Shown here: positions 1 to 12,912 of the stretch, piece by piece
Numbering within the stretch: position 1 is the first letter of the stretch
How the letters are laid out: the number at the start of each line of letters is the position of its first letter
Assembly: GCA_051294905.1 (NCBI GenBank)
Contig: CM119378.1
Span: forward strand, 744,001-808,000
Direction: 5' to 3'
Length of the DNA stretch: 64,000 nt
From: Botryllus schlosseri
Lineage: Eukaryota
The notes under the pieces: generated by a model
Told to the model about the DNA's origin: nothing
Database searches by the model: none
Seen by the model: the letters and a program-made list of their open reading frames with translations, nothing else
Program-made: the position numbers and the translations under genes

Positions 1-553
1 CGACCTCGTCACAAAGAAGGCAGTGACTAAACTCGACGATTGTGGTGTATAACATAACTTTCTCAAGAGGATCACAGATGAGCACCTTCTATTGCAAGAG
101 GCCGTTGCCAAAGAGCCCAGATTCAAGGCTTCGTTGCTGAAGGTGGAAGACAGTGCGTCCTTCAACAAGGTGTGGGGGCTACCGCTGGACAGCGTTTTGC
201 ATCCTTACGTCAGTTTGCTGCTGGTTTAGCAGCGGTCATGCCCACCACATCTCGTGTGAAAGCAGACTTCTCCTTGATCAACTACCGCAAAGACGAGTTC
301 AACTCTGCACTCTCTGATTTTTCTCTTGAAGGTGTCTTGTTTGCTCGACAAAGAAAGGACCTCGGTTCGTTGTTGGCGTGTTTACACGAGCAGTGCATTA
401 AACGATATTTTTCCTTACAAAACCAGTGCTTTCAATGCCTTTTGGTTGGTTTAGATGGGGTGCGATATTTGCGATATATTAATAAGGGCTCTAATCTGCG
501 ATATTTTAAGTAATATATCGCAATATTGCATTGCGATATATTAAATCGGCCTG
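1..553 (+). mobile_element. 3' end of a decayed hAT-superfamily DNA transposon (transposase C-terminal dimerisation region plus right terminus)
   Basis: Translation ...SFNKVWG/ATAGQRFASLRQFAAGLAAVMPTTSRVKADFSLINYRKDEFNSALSDFSLEGVLFARQ fits the hAT C-terminal W..F..L..A....P.T...E..FS pattern. There is an in-frame stop near 50 and a frameshift in the G run near 175. The element ends in cgcaata/gcgata repeats and ...ggcctg, abutting a different repeat. Confidence 0.75.
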
Positions 554-1107
554 GTAATGCCTCTATTTTCCGAAAATAAAGCTACACTAAATATAAATTT
601 TATGATCGACAAATCGCGCAAAGTGTTCAAACCGTATCCGATACAACTTCTCCGTATTGCTCTTCGCCTAAACTTCGGGCCTTATAATATGGGGTAGGGC
701 GCCATGCCATAATATTCTCTAAAACGGGGTCCTCTAGTAAACAAAGGGTTAGCATTGCATTTTCATATTAATACTATAATTTACATCCCATGATGCGAAA
801 GAATGCTTATTCTGTCAAAAATTGATACCTCCTGGGATGCATCAATACGAATCAAGCTCTCTGCACCTTCCACATAGCTCAATTTGCAGCTTTTAACAGT
901 CCATGCGAACGAATTAAGACTGTTTTCGAAACTACTTACTTACTTGAGTAGATTTAAAGTCAGTCAATTCTACTTCTACTTCAAGTAGTTTTAGGTGGCT
1001 CATGGAAGAAGTACTTCTACTCGTACTTGAGTAGATTTTTTTCGTCGCTACTTCTACTTCTACTTAAGTACTTCTACTTCTACTTCTTGACTACTTTGAC
1101 CACCTGT
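554..1107. mobile_element. Right half of a non-autonomous hAT-type element (ctactt-repeat family, terminus actttgaccacctg)
   Basis: Colinear with 34298-35114, the right part of the TSD-bounded element 32432-35114. Confidence 0.8.
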
Positions 1108-1793
1108 AGTGCTGAATAATTACGAGTGTTTTCTTTCATTTCCTCAAAATTGCTTCGCGGACCGGATGAAATCGTCTGGCTGGCCAGATGTTTCACACCC
1201 CTAGTCTAAGCAAGAAAGACAGTCGGAAGAGCAACACCGAACGATGTCTTTTGCATTGTGTGCTTTGAGCGAATAAAAATAACAGTGTTTAGAACAACAG
1301 TCACAGAAGTCATTGCACATATTGACTCGATTCATGACTAGTTGAATTTTGGAAGTACGAGCCATGATAATAATAATGAAGTCTCTGGATATACCATATT
1401 CAAGTCATTGTATTTTGCAAGATGATTGAAGTACAGATTGAGTTGTTGATTATTTATTGTGAATAGAGTAACGAATATATAGTTAATTATACTTGCCAAA
1501 AGGCGTTTTATCTGTCACACATATCTTCAACTGCTATTTCAACTACGTTGATAGTCACGAGTCAATCCACATTTCTGAAACGCCAAGCCGAGTCTAATTA
1601 CTTTTTCAAGATGAGTCCAGTCAAGTCAAGTCATGTGGAAAAGTTACCTCGAGTTATCCCAACAGTGAAACCGCTAACCACCGGTTAACGACTATCACTA
1701 TTCTCTCGAATTAGAGGTCCGCGAAAAAGTTAAGAGTCAGTCACTGTTTCAAATTATGGTGTATGATTGTAAAACTACTCCAAGCACAATTAT

Positions 1794-1857
1794 GAAGATT
1801 CGTGGTAATGCAGAACCGGAACCACTCGAATCGATCTAATTGTCATGTTTTTAATGC
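1794..1857 (-). pseudogene. Duplicated, decayed fragment of exon 9 of paralogue A
   Basis: Matches 2147-2220 with a 9-nt deletion and runs into TAA. Confidence 0.7.
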
Positions 1858-2090
1858 TAGTTTTCAATCGAACTCCTACTTGTAATCAGGCCATGACGAT
1901 GGCTATGACGAAAGTCATCAGCTACACGCATTTCGCAGTTAGGCACTAACAAAAAGTATGTAGGGTTCCGCACTAACAAAAAGGTTAGGAACCTCTGTTC
2001 CAGGCCAAGTTTTGACTAAATGAAATCGAAATAAATAACAATAGAGCTCGAAATAAATAGAATAGAAATAGAAATAAATAACTGACTGAC

Positions 2091-5000
2091 CTTCCACCAA
2101 ATATTGCTCTAGAAAATGAGCTCCGTGCACTATTAGGACGTAATCCGAAGATTCGTGGTAATGCAGAACCGGGACCACTCGCAACGTATGAATCGATCCA
2201 ATTGTGATGTTTTCAATAGTGATCGCGTCGTGATCATTACCTCCCAATTCCTGTGAAATTAAGCCGGTTTCAGCCTATTGCACGTTAATTAACTAGTATT
2301 TGTTGGCGGCCGTCAGCATGCATTTTGAATTAACAATTGGGTCCCAAACTTTTGAGAAATTTTAATTCAACTAAAAAAATTTATTTCCGCTTCACGCGCT
2401 TCAAGAGCACTTGCTTCTACGATTTCAATGTAGAAGTGTCCTTGCAATGTGTACTCCACGGTACAAACGAAAACGAAAATGATGCGCCCCATAAAGAAAT
2501 GCCAATTTGGAATCGTGGGCACCTAACAAAATAAGTTGTCGCGGGAGTCTTCTGTATCCGTGAAAGGATTCTATATACTTAGAAACTGTCATGCATCAGC
2601 TATGTAACAGGAACGAAAGGTTTGCGCAGAAACAGCAAGAGCTGTCTGGATTTGATGTCTAGTTGGTCCATAACGATTCTCTCCTGGAATGCAGCCGTAC
2701 GCTATTTAGGAAATCGATATGCGACCATGGATAGTGAAAAGACACCCCTGATCTAAATGAGCTCGAACAGGACCTGTGGCAATGGATGAGTTTCATCTTT
2801 GACAATCAGATATTTCTTCAACGTCGCGTTGGTATGATAATCATACGGACGTTTCCATCGGAAGGACACTTTGGCGCGGTTTTGAGTGTGGTCTATCGTG
2901 ACGTCATACTTTTCGAAGTGCGAGACCGGCCCGGAGTAGATCTGTCGATCTGAAAACTTTAGGTTAATGGAAAGCTATGGAGGAATAAACGGGATATAGG
3001 CACCAGTTATTTGGAACTCTGTGGTGTTGGTGCAGTCATGCGTGTCGATCCCCGCGCCGCTGCAATATTTCACGACCTCATTTCCGGTTGCTAAGGCCCC
3101 GAACCCTGCAAGTAAAACACATTATCGCAACCGTGCCTAAATAAATTGAAATTCGTGTTTTTCACCCAATGACCAATAGCTGTACGGCACGACGTGCAGA
3201 TCGTAAACCTCCCCGAATTCGACCGGAAATTCGAGTTTTCTCGCGTTCTGAAACAGATTCGAAATTATATTCGAAATTCTCTCCAAAAATCAACAATCAC
3301 CACTCTCCAGTACTGACCGCCGCCACTGTTTTGTATCCCGCGTCCAATATCGCGCACAAATCGCCGCAATCGCGCGAAATCTTTCCCGCACAGGGAAGCT
3401 GACACGGGGAATCCTCGTCACGCAGCCAGACACTCCCTTCTACTCCGACACATCTGAAACGAAAGACTAGAACAACGTGGCTAAATTCTAGCAATTCTGC
3501 TTCACTTACGCTGTAGCGTTTTGATGATCTGCAACACAAAAGAGTTTGGTGAAGTTCTGAACTATTCGTGATGATCAGACATTTTAAAATTCTCACTTCT
3601 GCGCTTATTGAAGAAAAGATTATTTCCGAGTTCTTCGTCTCTGTGGCGAGCGCTAAATTTATAAGCGAACCCGTCGAGCTCGGACGTGTCGTCTGATAAA
3701 ATCAAAGAAACCCACTGATCCTACATCATACATCTGGTCTCAATATTTTGAAAATGAATGAATTATGGACAAAGGCTTAGGAGAATCAAAATGTACCATT
3801 CGTATCTCAATTATCATACAGAGAGTAAGGGAGGGGGAGTATTTTGCTTACACGACGGTTTTCGTCTATTTGTAACCGAATATCTACTCATTAACGCTTG
3901 CTGCGTACAAATATTTGTATATTTACTCAAATTATAGCAGTATTTTTTCCTGCTGGCTATATTGAGGATAAAAGCGTGTTGAATAAGTAATTAAGCATAC
4001 GGGGACGTCAACATGAATTTTACTCGTTTCGTGCGGGTAGAAAAATTATAGATTAAATTCCTTTTAAGGAGTCCAAAAACGTTCACAGCTGAAACGAGAT
4101 CGAGAAAACCACATAATCCTTTATAATATCGGTCCTTATTTTGTCTTATCACCACAGGTCACAAGCGAAAGGCATGACCTTTTCTGAGTCATCAGGTATA
4201 TTTCAGGCAATAAATAGACCATACGGCAATATAAGGAGTGAGGACCATGATTAGGCGGAAGTTGTGACCTTTTTCCATTATCAGCTTCCCAAATTTTGTA
4301 GTTAGGGAATCAACGCAACCGTATTTAGGGGTACGCGCTCCATAAAAGTTCCAGATATATGGCATATTTTCTATCTCTTTATAAAATATTTTCATTTGAG
4401 ATATCAAGGAACCATGCCAAGATTAATTGGAATATTAGGTACTTTTACAGCAGGCATGGACTTTTAATTTTACGAAATACCTCCTGGCCCAACTCTGCCA
4501 CCAATTTAGAGGCATTTGAACGCATGCAACCAAATATCGAAACACGGGGACCTTGCTCTTGGGCCATTGCGATGAACGTATTGCGCAGTTCTACCTCTTT
4601 CTTATTGTGGAAACCCGGGGTTTCCAGAATGTTCTGTATTTGCCGTTTAGAAATTATGTTCCGAGGGGTATGGCTGGAGACCGCGTGTTGAGTTAGTTGG
4701 CTGAAAGCATGCCTGAAGATGGATGCGAGTAATGTGTATGTCTCTATGTTTGGTAGCGTTAAGTATTAGTAGTAGGGCTGGGCAAAATCGAGTACATGAG
4801 TGATTCGATTCTGAATCGCGTATTATGCTTCGAGTCGAATCGAGTATTCGAGTATCACACATTATGACGTCATAACAGAATGTAATATGTCAAAGTTCAA
4901 ATATATACCTTTTATGCCACAGCAAAGAATATAATGCCTGTTATCCATCACATTAAAGATGCTTTGATATCATTTCGACCACACCGATTTTATTGCACTT

Positions 5001-8000
5001 CGTGACAAGGTTATGGGATGATTATGACTTCGAAAATGTCTTATTTCACGTTAGCTTTGTAGCTTTGTACTGTGTTTCGTATGCTTCAGTGCAGCCAATC
5101 AGTGTTTTAAGCCTTCCACATTGGAAACTAGCATCAAAACTATAATTGTCGACTCGAATCATTAAAATTAATACTCGATTCAGATTCGAGTACTCGAATC
5201 ATTGTGCCCAGCGCTAATTAGTAGTCGGGAGCAGCGGCATGAAGTAGTGGTGGCATTAGGCAGTTAGGGCGTGAAGTAGTAGGTATAGTTGATCTTGTAT
5301 TTGCAGGCTTGAGTTGGATGTACCGGTAGGAATCTCTGTGCGTATAGTTGACTGGGGCACAGCCTAGTCACTGACGGTGCTACGCGAGCACCTAGTGAGT
5401 GATGTTGCCTCGTTGGTAGTCCGTACTCGCTTGTAGATTGCAAGGCAGCCGCTGGGCTAGGTTTAGGCTGATGGGTATGTGTGCGTGAGGTTGGCGTGGA
5501 GTTCCGTTACAATTTGCTGTGCAGTGCATCGATCGTACAGGATTTTTATAGGTCGTCTGGGTTCCGTCGTATGTGTCCGTGAGCATCGCTATTATGAGTT
5601 TCTTGTGTCGTATTAATATTATATTATAACCACAGTTCCCCGGCGTATTGTGTGTGTCTTTGAGCAGGCGATAGTTGCAAAGTGAATTGTTTGGTCATCA
5701 ATTTTTAGTTTCTCCAGCTAACAGTAGGCCTACGTTATGACGGCATACGAGTACAAGTCACATCGGTGCCAGACCTCAGACGTACATGAGTCAAGTGCGG
5801 TCGAATGTCTTAAGATATATATTGTGGTGAAGTGATGTCTTCGGTCAGTGGTTCTGAAACTATTTTAGACACGTTATGATGATAGTGAAAATTACATTGC
5901 CGCCTCATCGTCATGTCTCAAAAGGCAACCAGAATGCTAGCAATATCAACGGATGATTTGGTGGCATGGGAGGTTATGACTGTAGATCAGAGAATTCTCA
6001 AACATGAAATTCGGACTATACACAGAGCAATAACTATGGGATGGAGGTAAATATCTCGGAGCGCGAAAAAAATGTTCAGTCGACCGCAGCTTCGTGCGCC
6101 CCTTCAGTTGCTTTCATGCCCACTAAGGGCAGCGGTTCCATACTATTACCGAGAATGCTATTACCGAGAATGGACATTACCGCGAACGGACATTACTGAG
6201 AATGGACAATATACCGAGAACGGACATTACCGAGAATGGCCAATGCAAAGAATCTTGCTTACTGTAACTGACGTTGTCGGGAAATTTATACCTGAGAATC
6301 GATACCGAATGTGACAACGTCGTGATGCACACACACGACCTGCTCATATGCATAATATGCCTACATTGCATGTATTGCATTCTCGGTAATGTCCATTCTC
6401 GGTGGTGTCCATTCTCGGTAATGTCCATTCTCGGTATTGTCCATTCTCGGTAATGTCCATTCTCGGTATTGTCCTTTTCGGTAACAGCATTCTCGGTAAT
6501 AGCATTCTCGGTATTGACCGGTTTGAGAAACAGGATATTAACAGGATACGTTGCTGGAAGCAAGACTTTCGAAGCGAGATGTAGCTTAAGAATAATGCAT
6601 GTAATGATAGCAGACATGGGGTAATCGCGATTAGTAATCGTAATCGATTACGACGATTACAGCATTTTCAAGTAATCGTAATCGCAATCGATTACATTCG
6701 AAAAAATTCCGAAGTAATCGTAGTCGTAATCGACTACTTCCCATATCTAATCGATTTCTTCGTGAAAGAACGATTACTTTTTATTTGTACAAGGACTACG
6801 ACATAAACTGAACATTCGTGAATAAGGAAGAGACATTACCAGGTTTATGATAGCACAAACGACGAAACGTCTTATTTTCAAAGGCCATTGCTCATTATTA
6901 CGTCAGAAGTAGCGTATTAGCTTTGGTAGTCATTCCGTAAGAAGTATCCACAGCAAATAGATATCCAATATACGTACATTAGTGTGATTGTAAGAACACC
7001 CGCCGTGCTCTATAGAAGGTTATCAACACGTTCCACACGCCAGTACCTCGCAGCAGGATAATTAATCACCAGTCTGCCTAGTTTAAAATAGTAACTTCTG
7101 TATTGATGTTTGGTTATGCTTAGTTAAACGCAGTTTGACCGTTGCTGCTTGGCGAGCAGTAGGCCCATGACCCTATGTAGTACGTGCGCGTGCGTACACC
7201 GGACAAAGATTTGAAATTTTGTACTCGTCAAATAAAACATTACGGCTTCCACAACGAAAGTCAACAGCTGCTGATATATATATCATAACCGAGCCGTTTT
7301 TGCCGTTTCTCGTAACGGCAGCTTGTAGTATACATCATCTGTATCAAGTTGAAGGCAGAGTTTTATGTTCTCTTCATCTCATTCTCAAATGACTCTACTT
7401 GAAATGGGCGCCAATCGTTATTTCACAATTCTTTACTCAACATTGGGACCAGCCGCCATAGCTATGGGCTTACACATCATGTTAGCGTGGGTTGTAGCTA
7501 AAATCAGGACCAAAACAGCAATTCGTCCCCCAGTCCAAACGTTGGTCTTTGGTCGCCATAGGGAGATATTTTCAAGTTGAAGACTGAATTTCGTCAATAT
7601 GGTAATCGCATTATCTTATTATTAATTTTTAATCCTATCTCTGCCCCCGATGTTTAAATTTACCTGTAGAGCGGTGGCACATAATTCATAATTATAACGT
7701 CTGGTACCTTGTTATAATTACTTTAGTGTATGTTGTTAATTCGTGACCTCCGGTCTGTTATATAATCAAAAGATATTGTTGTATCCCAAACGTAGCAGAC
7801 TAAAATAAAAACTTTCGTGAGACGCACTCACAAATTGTCATGTCTTTAATGCTCTGTGGGTAACCGGGTGGCATTTTCATTGTGGGCTGAGATTGGAAGG
7901 ACCGGACTCTTAGTCACGCCAACCCAGCGCGGTTATTGACAATGGACACATACCCCAAGTTTCGGCCAAGTTCTTTCTTTAGTAGCACACTTCGTGAAGT

Positions 8001-9670
8001 CGCGTGTTGGTCGAAACTGCATATGTGTTTTGGCGTGTCGTGGCACGGTACTGACTGGAACCTAAATGCCTATGACTATGAATTAGGGCTGCATTAAAAA
8101 CAAAAATCAATTTAAAGCAAACAAGGCCCTTGTGTTTAAAACATGTTTTTCATTTTCATTCTTTTTGTTTATTTTTAAGCCGGGACGTCACGAATGTAGA
8201 TTGACATTGACAATTGAAAATATCGGGTAAATAAAGCTCCTTTGACGAAATATCTGTACTATAATTGTTGAACCGACTATTTTCGGGGTTCCAACCATTC
8301 CATATCGATGTACGACGGCTAAATCGGGTGGTTGGTAATTGTCCGTAGGCTCATACAACATGCTTTTTCTAAAGTATTTACACGATCATAGCATAATTTT
8401 ACAATTTGAAAAAACATAATTTAGTTTTTTTTTAAAGCTAGTGTTTTAAACAACCATTTACTTTAAATGCAACCCTTCTATACATTATGTATGCTTTTTT
8501 TTGAGGGGGGACGTATGCATTTCAAAATCAAGCTCATCTAGAGAGAATTTTCAAGTTAATTAAATCTCTCGAAAATACTCCATAATTTATATTGGCTTAC
8601 GAAATACTTTTGAGTCCCATTCGAGCTCGCTCCTTACCCTATTGGGAAATTTGGGGTGAGACAGTCATGGACCTGGCAAAAATTCAAATCGTTGGGCGCA
8701 ATAAATCGTCCTCTATAAAAATGGCAATAGGTATATTATGACGTAACAAGCAAATGACACGTCTTTTTTTAAAGGAAGTTTGTTATTGCATTAGGCCTCT
8801 TCATTGCAATCCATATATTGTCTTCGAATATAACTTCTAAGATGCAAAATAAATGTAATCGTGAGTTATCGTGATTACTTTTCCAGTGTAATCGTAATCG
8901 TAATCGACTACTTCCGGATTTTACTGTAATCGTAATCGTAATCGCGTCATTCAGAAGTAATCGTAATCGCAATCGATTACATTCAGGAAGTAATCACCCC
9001 ATGTCTGAATGATAGCGGATATGATAGGTACCGGTGGAAGTTTTCAAGCCGAAAACCGTAACCACATCATCTACTCTGGCTGTTATTAGTCATTTATTGT
9101 AATGTACCATACTAAAATCAATACTGATGTCAGCAGAATCCGTATAACCCTAGTATCAAGAAAGAGGCTGAGTCAGGTCAATTCACCCGAAGAATGATAT
9201 TTAAGAGAAATTCAGTTGCACAAATACGTTTACTGCAAAGAATTGGAAGATAACCGCGTTGCTAGTACCCTGGTAAACTGCAGTAAGGCGTAACTTGTAG
9301 TTTTTGTAAATATTAATTTCGAAGTTGACATGGTACGGTCATCTTCGCTCTTTACGTCAAAGTGAATCTGCAGCGTCACGGTTTTCACACATGAACGCAG
9401 AGAGAGAGGGAGAGAGAGAGAGATTTCTTAAACTCACCCGCAATCTCGTATTCAAAGACTGCCCGCAACTTCGAGTCAAAGAAATTGTCGGATTTGTTGA
9501 GTCGAAAATCCGTCCACAACTCCGTGATTTTCAATCCTGAAAGGGATGATGTAGCTGCTGCTGCTTCTCTGGTCAGAACCGATGGACTCACCCGTTGCAT
9601 GATCGCACTTTAGGCCCTCGGCAATCTCCAATATAACTATAAGTGATGACGCCACGATCGCTAAATCCAT
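2091..9670 (-). CDS. Paralogue A: signal peptide + FN3-like (Cys-rich insert) + FN3-like extracellular protein, 3'-incomplete in the window. Exons 9670-9592, 9536-9438, 3692-3597, 3528-3510, 3453-3318, 3247-3166, 3105-3004, 2949-2774, 2250-2091
   Basis: All introns are GT-AG and phases join into one open frame (MDLAIVASSLIVILEIAEGLKCDHATGLKITEL...VEFGEVYDLHVVPY...VSFRWKRPYDY...IHTLRVVPVLH). Exon lengths 79/99/96/19/136/82/102/176/160 are identical to paralogue B. Domain names are by eye. Confidence 0.88.
4190..5760 (-). mobile_element. Possible decayed retroelement ORF1/gag-like remnant in intron 2 of paralogue A
   Basis: Coding-like minus-strand translation broken by stops and frameshifts (IISKRQIQNILETPGF...KEIENMPYIWNFYG), with a Pro/Thr-rich upstream part. 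No diagnostic motif was recognised. Confidence 0.25.
4773..5216. mobile_element. MITE (TAGGGCTGGGCA termini)
   Basis: Terminal inverted repeats (TIRs) tagggctgggca/tgcccagcgcta; perfect 8-bp TSD attagtag. Related copies near 37065-37385, 39100-39560 and 40210-40590. Confidence 0.88.
6133..6520. mobile_element. Foldback-like element with inverted arrays of a ~16-bp unit (gacattaccgagaatg), inserted in a hAT MITE spanning ~5846-6533
   Basis: About 6 forward units at 6143-6240 and about 9 reverse units at 6378-6516; CGG...CCG ends. The host MITE matches 17573-17873, 30136-30438 and 60010-60334. Confidence 0.75.
6611..9007. mobile_element. Non-autonomous hAT-type element with gtaatc subterminal repeats; nested MITE at ~8083-8478
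   Basis: TIRs cagacatgggg/ccccatgtctg; perfect 8-bp TSD aatgatag. Confidence 0.9.
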
Positions 9671-11207
9671 TTTATCGTACATACTTTGTTAAATATGCTG
9701 TCACTGCAAAGTCTGAGGTCATGAAAAGCAACATCATCTTTCTCCGTCGGAAGTTGAATAATGAGCAGCGATTTTCTAGTTCGAACAATTCGCCTTACGG
9801 CAACTTGCGTGGTGTATCCGATAATATCTCCGCCATGAAATCGATATCTTGATTTTCTCTCTCTGTTACTTCACGAAGAGTCAGCGGTGAAATCGGTAGA
9901 ATCTACGTGGAAACCTGAACACCCATTATTTCCAGACATCTTATCCGAAACATTAACACGTTATATCTGTATCATATGTATTGTATATATAGGATATCAT
10001 GCGCGGAGCGGTATATCTTTGGTTATCAACAAGTCATCGTAATTAGGTTGGACCAAAAACATGACAGGTAATTATAGCGAGGTTCTTCAAGTTGTCATTG
10101 GCAGCAGAAATCGCGACTACTCCCGAGAATATGACTCGTTGCGGTCAGTGATCTTACGAACCCAAGAGTGAGACGGAGAATTGTTTTGCAGTGAAACGCG
10201 ATATTGCTGTTTGCGCATCACTGTTGTGTTGACGTTCTCGGCTGCGGCAACCACGCTATGTAAAGAAATAGGAATTATGTAATAAATGCGCATAATATAC
10301 AAATCATGCCTACCACCAGCGGGAATATATTTCTGCGATGTTGTATTGGAAATAGATTCACGTGACCAAGCAGAAAAAATTGCATATTATGTAGTCTGAT
10401 CGGTGGATTTACGTGTATGGGGCGTGATGTTTGTTGACTAGCAGATCAGTTTGATGTATTGCGGCATGTGAGAAAGTAGTGTGAAATTATTTGTTATATA
10501 GCGGAACGATTCTATCACATTTGATTTTGGGTTGTTCTAGTTCACGTGTCGTCTTTGAAATTCGCATGATTGAACGCCGACAAATCGGAACGTCTCACCT
10601 CGTAATAGTTTACGTTCGATGATCGGTTAATTGACCCAATGTTTTTACAATTGGATTGGGCTTCGGAAATAACTCCCTGTTCTTCTGATTCGTGTAAAGA
10701 TATATACAACATACATGCGAGATTCGATTCTTCTTTGCGTTGTAAACATCTACAGAGCGAGGTGGGCAATTATTTTTCCCGGTGGGCCAAATGCGAAGCA
10801 GGAAATACGTTGGCGGGACGAGACAAAAGTTAAGAATTTAGTTAGACTATGTTCTGCGGCGTGAATTACATTGTTAACACATGTTGCTAAGTGGATGCGG
10901 TACTATTAGGCTGCGTCCCCAGCTCTGTGTGATTTGGTAAATAGCCTTGCTGTTTTGCTTCGCTAGCAGGTCCACGGCTTAAGCCGAGTGTATGTATTCT
11001 CTGCATGATTTTCTCATAACGCATACTCAACCTAAAAACGGAGAACTGCTCCGTACTCACCATAAACTAAAAAGACCGGTTCGTGACTGACTTCAGTCGA
11101 CAAATATTTAGTGCTCCAAATCCTGTTGAAATATCAGCCTTCAGACGCATTTTTCATTGGTGGACGTAACATCGTTTGTGAGTGAGCATGAGCATTTGAG
11201 CAATGAG

Positions 11208-12358
11208 TAGGGATGGTGTGAACGTGAGGTTCACGTTCGGGTTCTGTGTGTGAACCTCGGAAATTTAGAGGTTCGCGTTCGCAACAGAACCTTGGTAGGT
11301 TCTGCACTATGAACCTTTTTCATATATAACGATTTTCACTTCATTAAACATCGTTGGTTTAAATTTATTGCATTTCAACTGCAGGCCACTCCATGCATGG
11401 TGCTGGCAGCATAAAAAATCAACACTAAACGAGCATGCATGCACCTTGACAATCTCAAAAGTTTCACTTGCTTTGTTGCAAAATTTTTCTCGAAAGATCC
11501 AGCTTTCCGTTTGTAAATATTTAGTGACTCTCTGCTGCGAGCTTGACCCGCAATCACAAAACATCAAGGGCGAAATAAGCTATGTAGTCAGCGAACGATG
11601 CTTATTCAACCAATCAATGAGATTGATATCGTTTTCTGATGTAAAAAATCTAGCAGGCGCACGGGGTCAATCTTGACTTCATGTTTACTGTATCATTAAA
11701 ACCAAATCGGTACAATTGAGGTGTTGGCTACTGCTGTATATCTTGCTAATGGGGTAATATCAGTAGCAAGCATAGATACCCGGTTCACACTCTGATCAAT
11801 GTCAATGTAGCAATACTCGGATGCCGAATACATTTTCCGGTCTGTCATACGTAAAAGGGGATTCGAGTCTGATTTGAGTCAAGTCATGACTCGAGCCATC
11901 CCAACACTGCTACAAGGCTATATCCGCATCTTCCTTGCCCGGCGGCATATGCACGTCATGTAATCATGGTATGCATATGCGCAGATCGGGTGTATGTATA
12001 TCATGATTCGGTGTATATGCTGCAAAACATCAAAGACAAAAATAAACTTTCCTTTCCTTATATTCCCTGGTAAGTCCTCGTCGAAATTGTTGGCAAAGCG
12101 GCGGAAGATATTGATTTATGGGATTATTATATCATTTGATTGCCCCGGTTGATATATTTAACGACGTTTAAAACGTCAATATCTACTTCAGCATTGTGAC
12201 GTTATGTTGCCCGAGTCGTCACTAGGTATCGTGTGCATTAATATAGGCTCTCATTTCTTTGGAGGATAGGGTTGGAATTAGCAATATGACGTCACGTGAC
12301 GTCATGAGGTTCACGTTCGTGTTCACACAGAACCTTTCAGAGGTTCACACCATCTCTA
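11208..12358. mobile_element. MITE family TAGGGATGGTGTGAAC, copy 1
   Basis: TIRs plus perfect 8-bp TSD gcaatgag; colinear with 20194-21193 (inverted) and 52843-54430. Confidence 0.9.
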
Positions 12359-12439
12359 GCAATGAGCATGAGCAGAGCATGGATGACGAGAGCCGCTAAT
12401 CATCGTGATTGCATTATTTTATGAAATTATGATCTGGAA

Positions 12440-12912
12440 AGGCAAGACATGACAGCTTAAAACACAGACCTTGCAACAATCAAGATTTGAACTTGAATAT
12501 GAAAACAGTGACTTGAATTGTTACGACATCATTTGCTATATTGACTTTATTGTGTACCTGGATTACTCACACGACGTACCTACTTACGTAATCACGGTGC
12601 ATTAATAAACTACACTTCAAAGTAAGCGCATTCCCGGATCAGTTTATGCAGTTTATTCTGAGTGGCCCGCAAAAAACCTACTTTTTAATGTTTCTGCGTA
12701 GACTAAAACCGTGGACTGTATAAACTAAACCGAAAATTCCTTTAATATGAAGCCTGTTCATTAATATGCCGCGATTACACAGACTACGTACCTAGCGTGA
12801 TCCAGATTCAAAATAAAGTCTATGTAGTAAATTATGCCGTAACAATTAAAGTCCCCAAACGTTCTTCGTTGCCATTGTCACATTAGACTACGCACTACAC
12901 GGCATGTCTGTG
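12440..12912. repeat. Old palindromic (hairpin) element
   Basis: 12510-12615 is an imperfect inverted repeat of 12755-12855. Confidence 0.6.

Noticed and set aside
2600..2690. Extra exon of paralogue A (ERIVMDQLDIKSRQLLLFLRKPFVPVT*) after a CAG acceptor
   Set aside because: No counterpart in paralogue B, and exon 8 joins exon 9 in frame without it; an alternative terminal exon cannot be excluded without RNA data.
6140..6516. CRISPR-like repeat array
   Set aside because: Units are directly adjacent with no unique spacers and form two inverted arrays; eukaryotic context, no cas genes.
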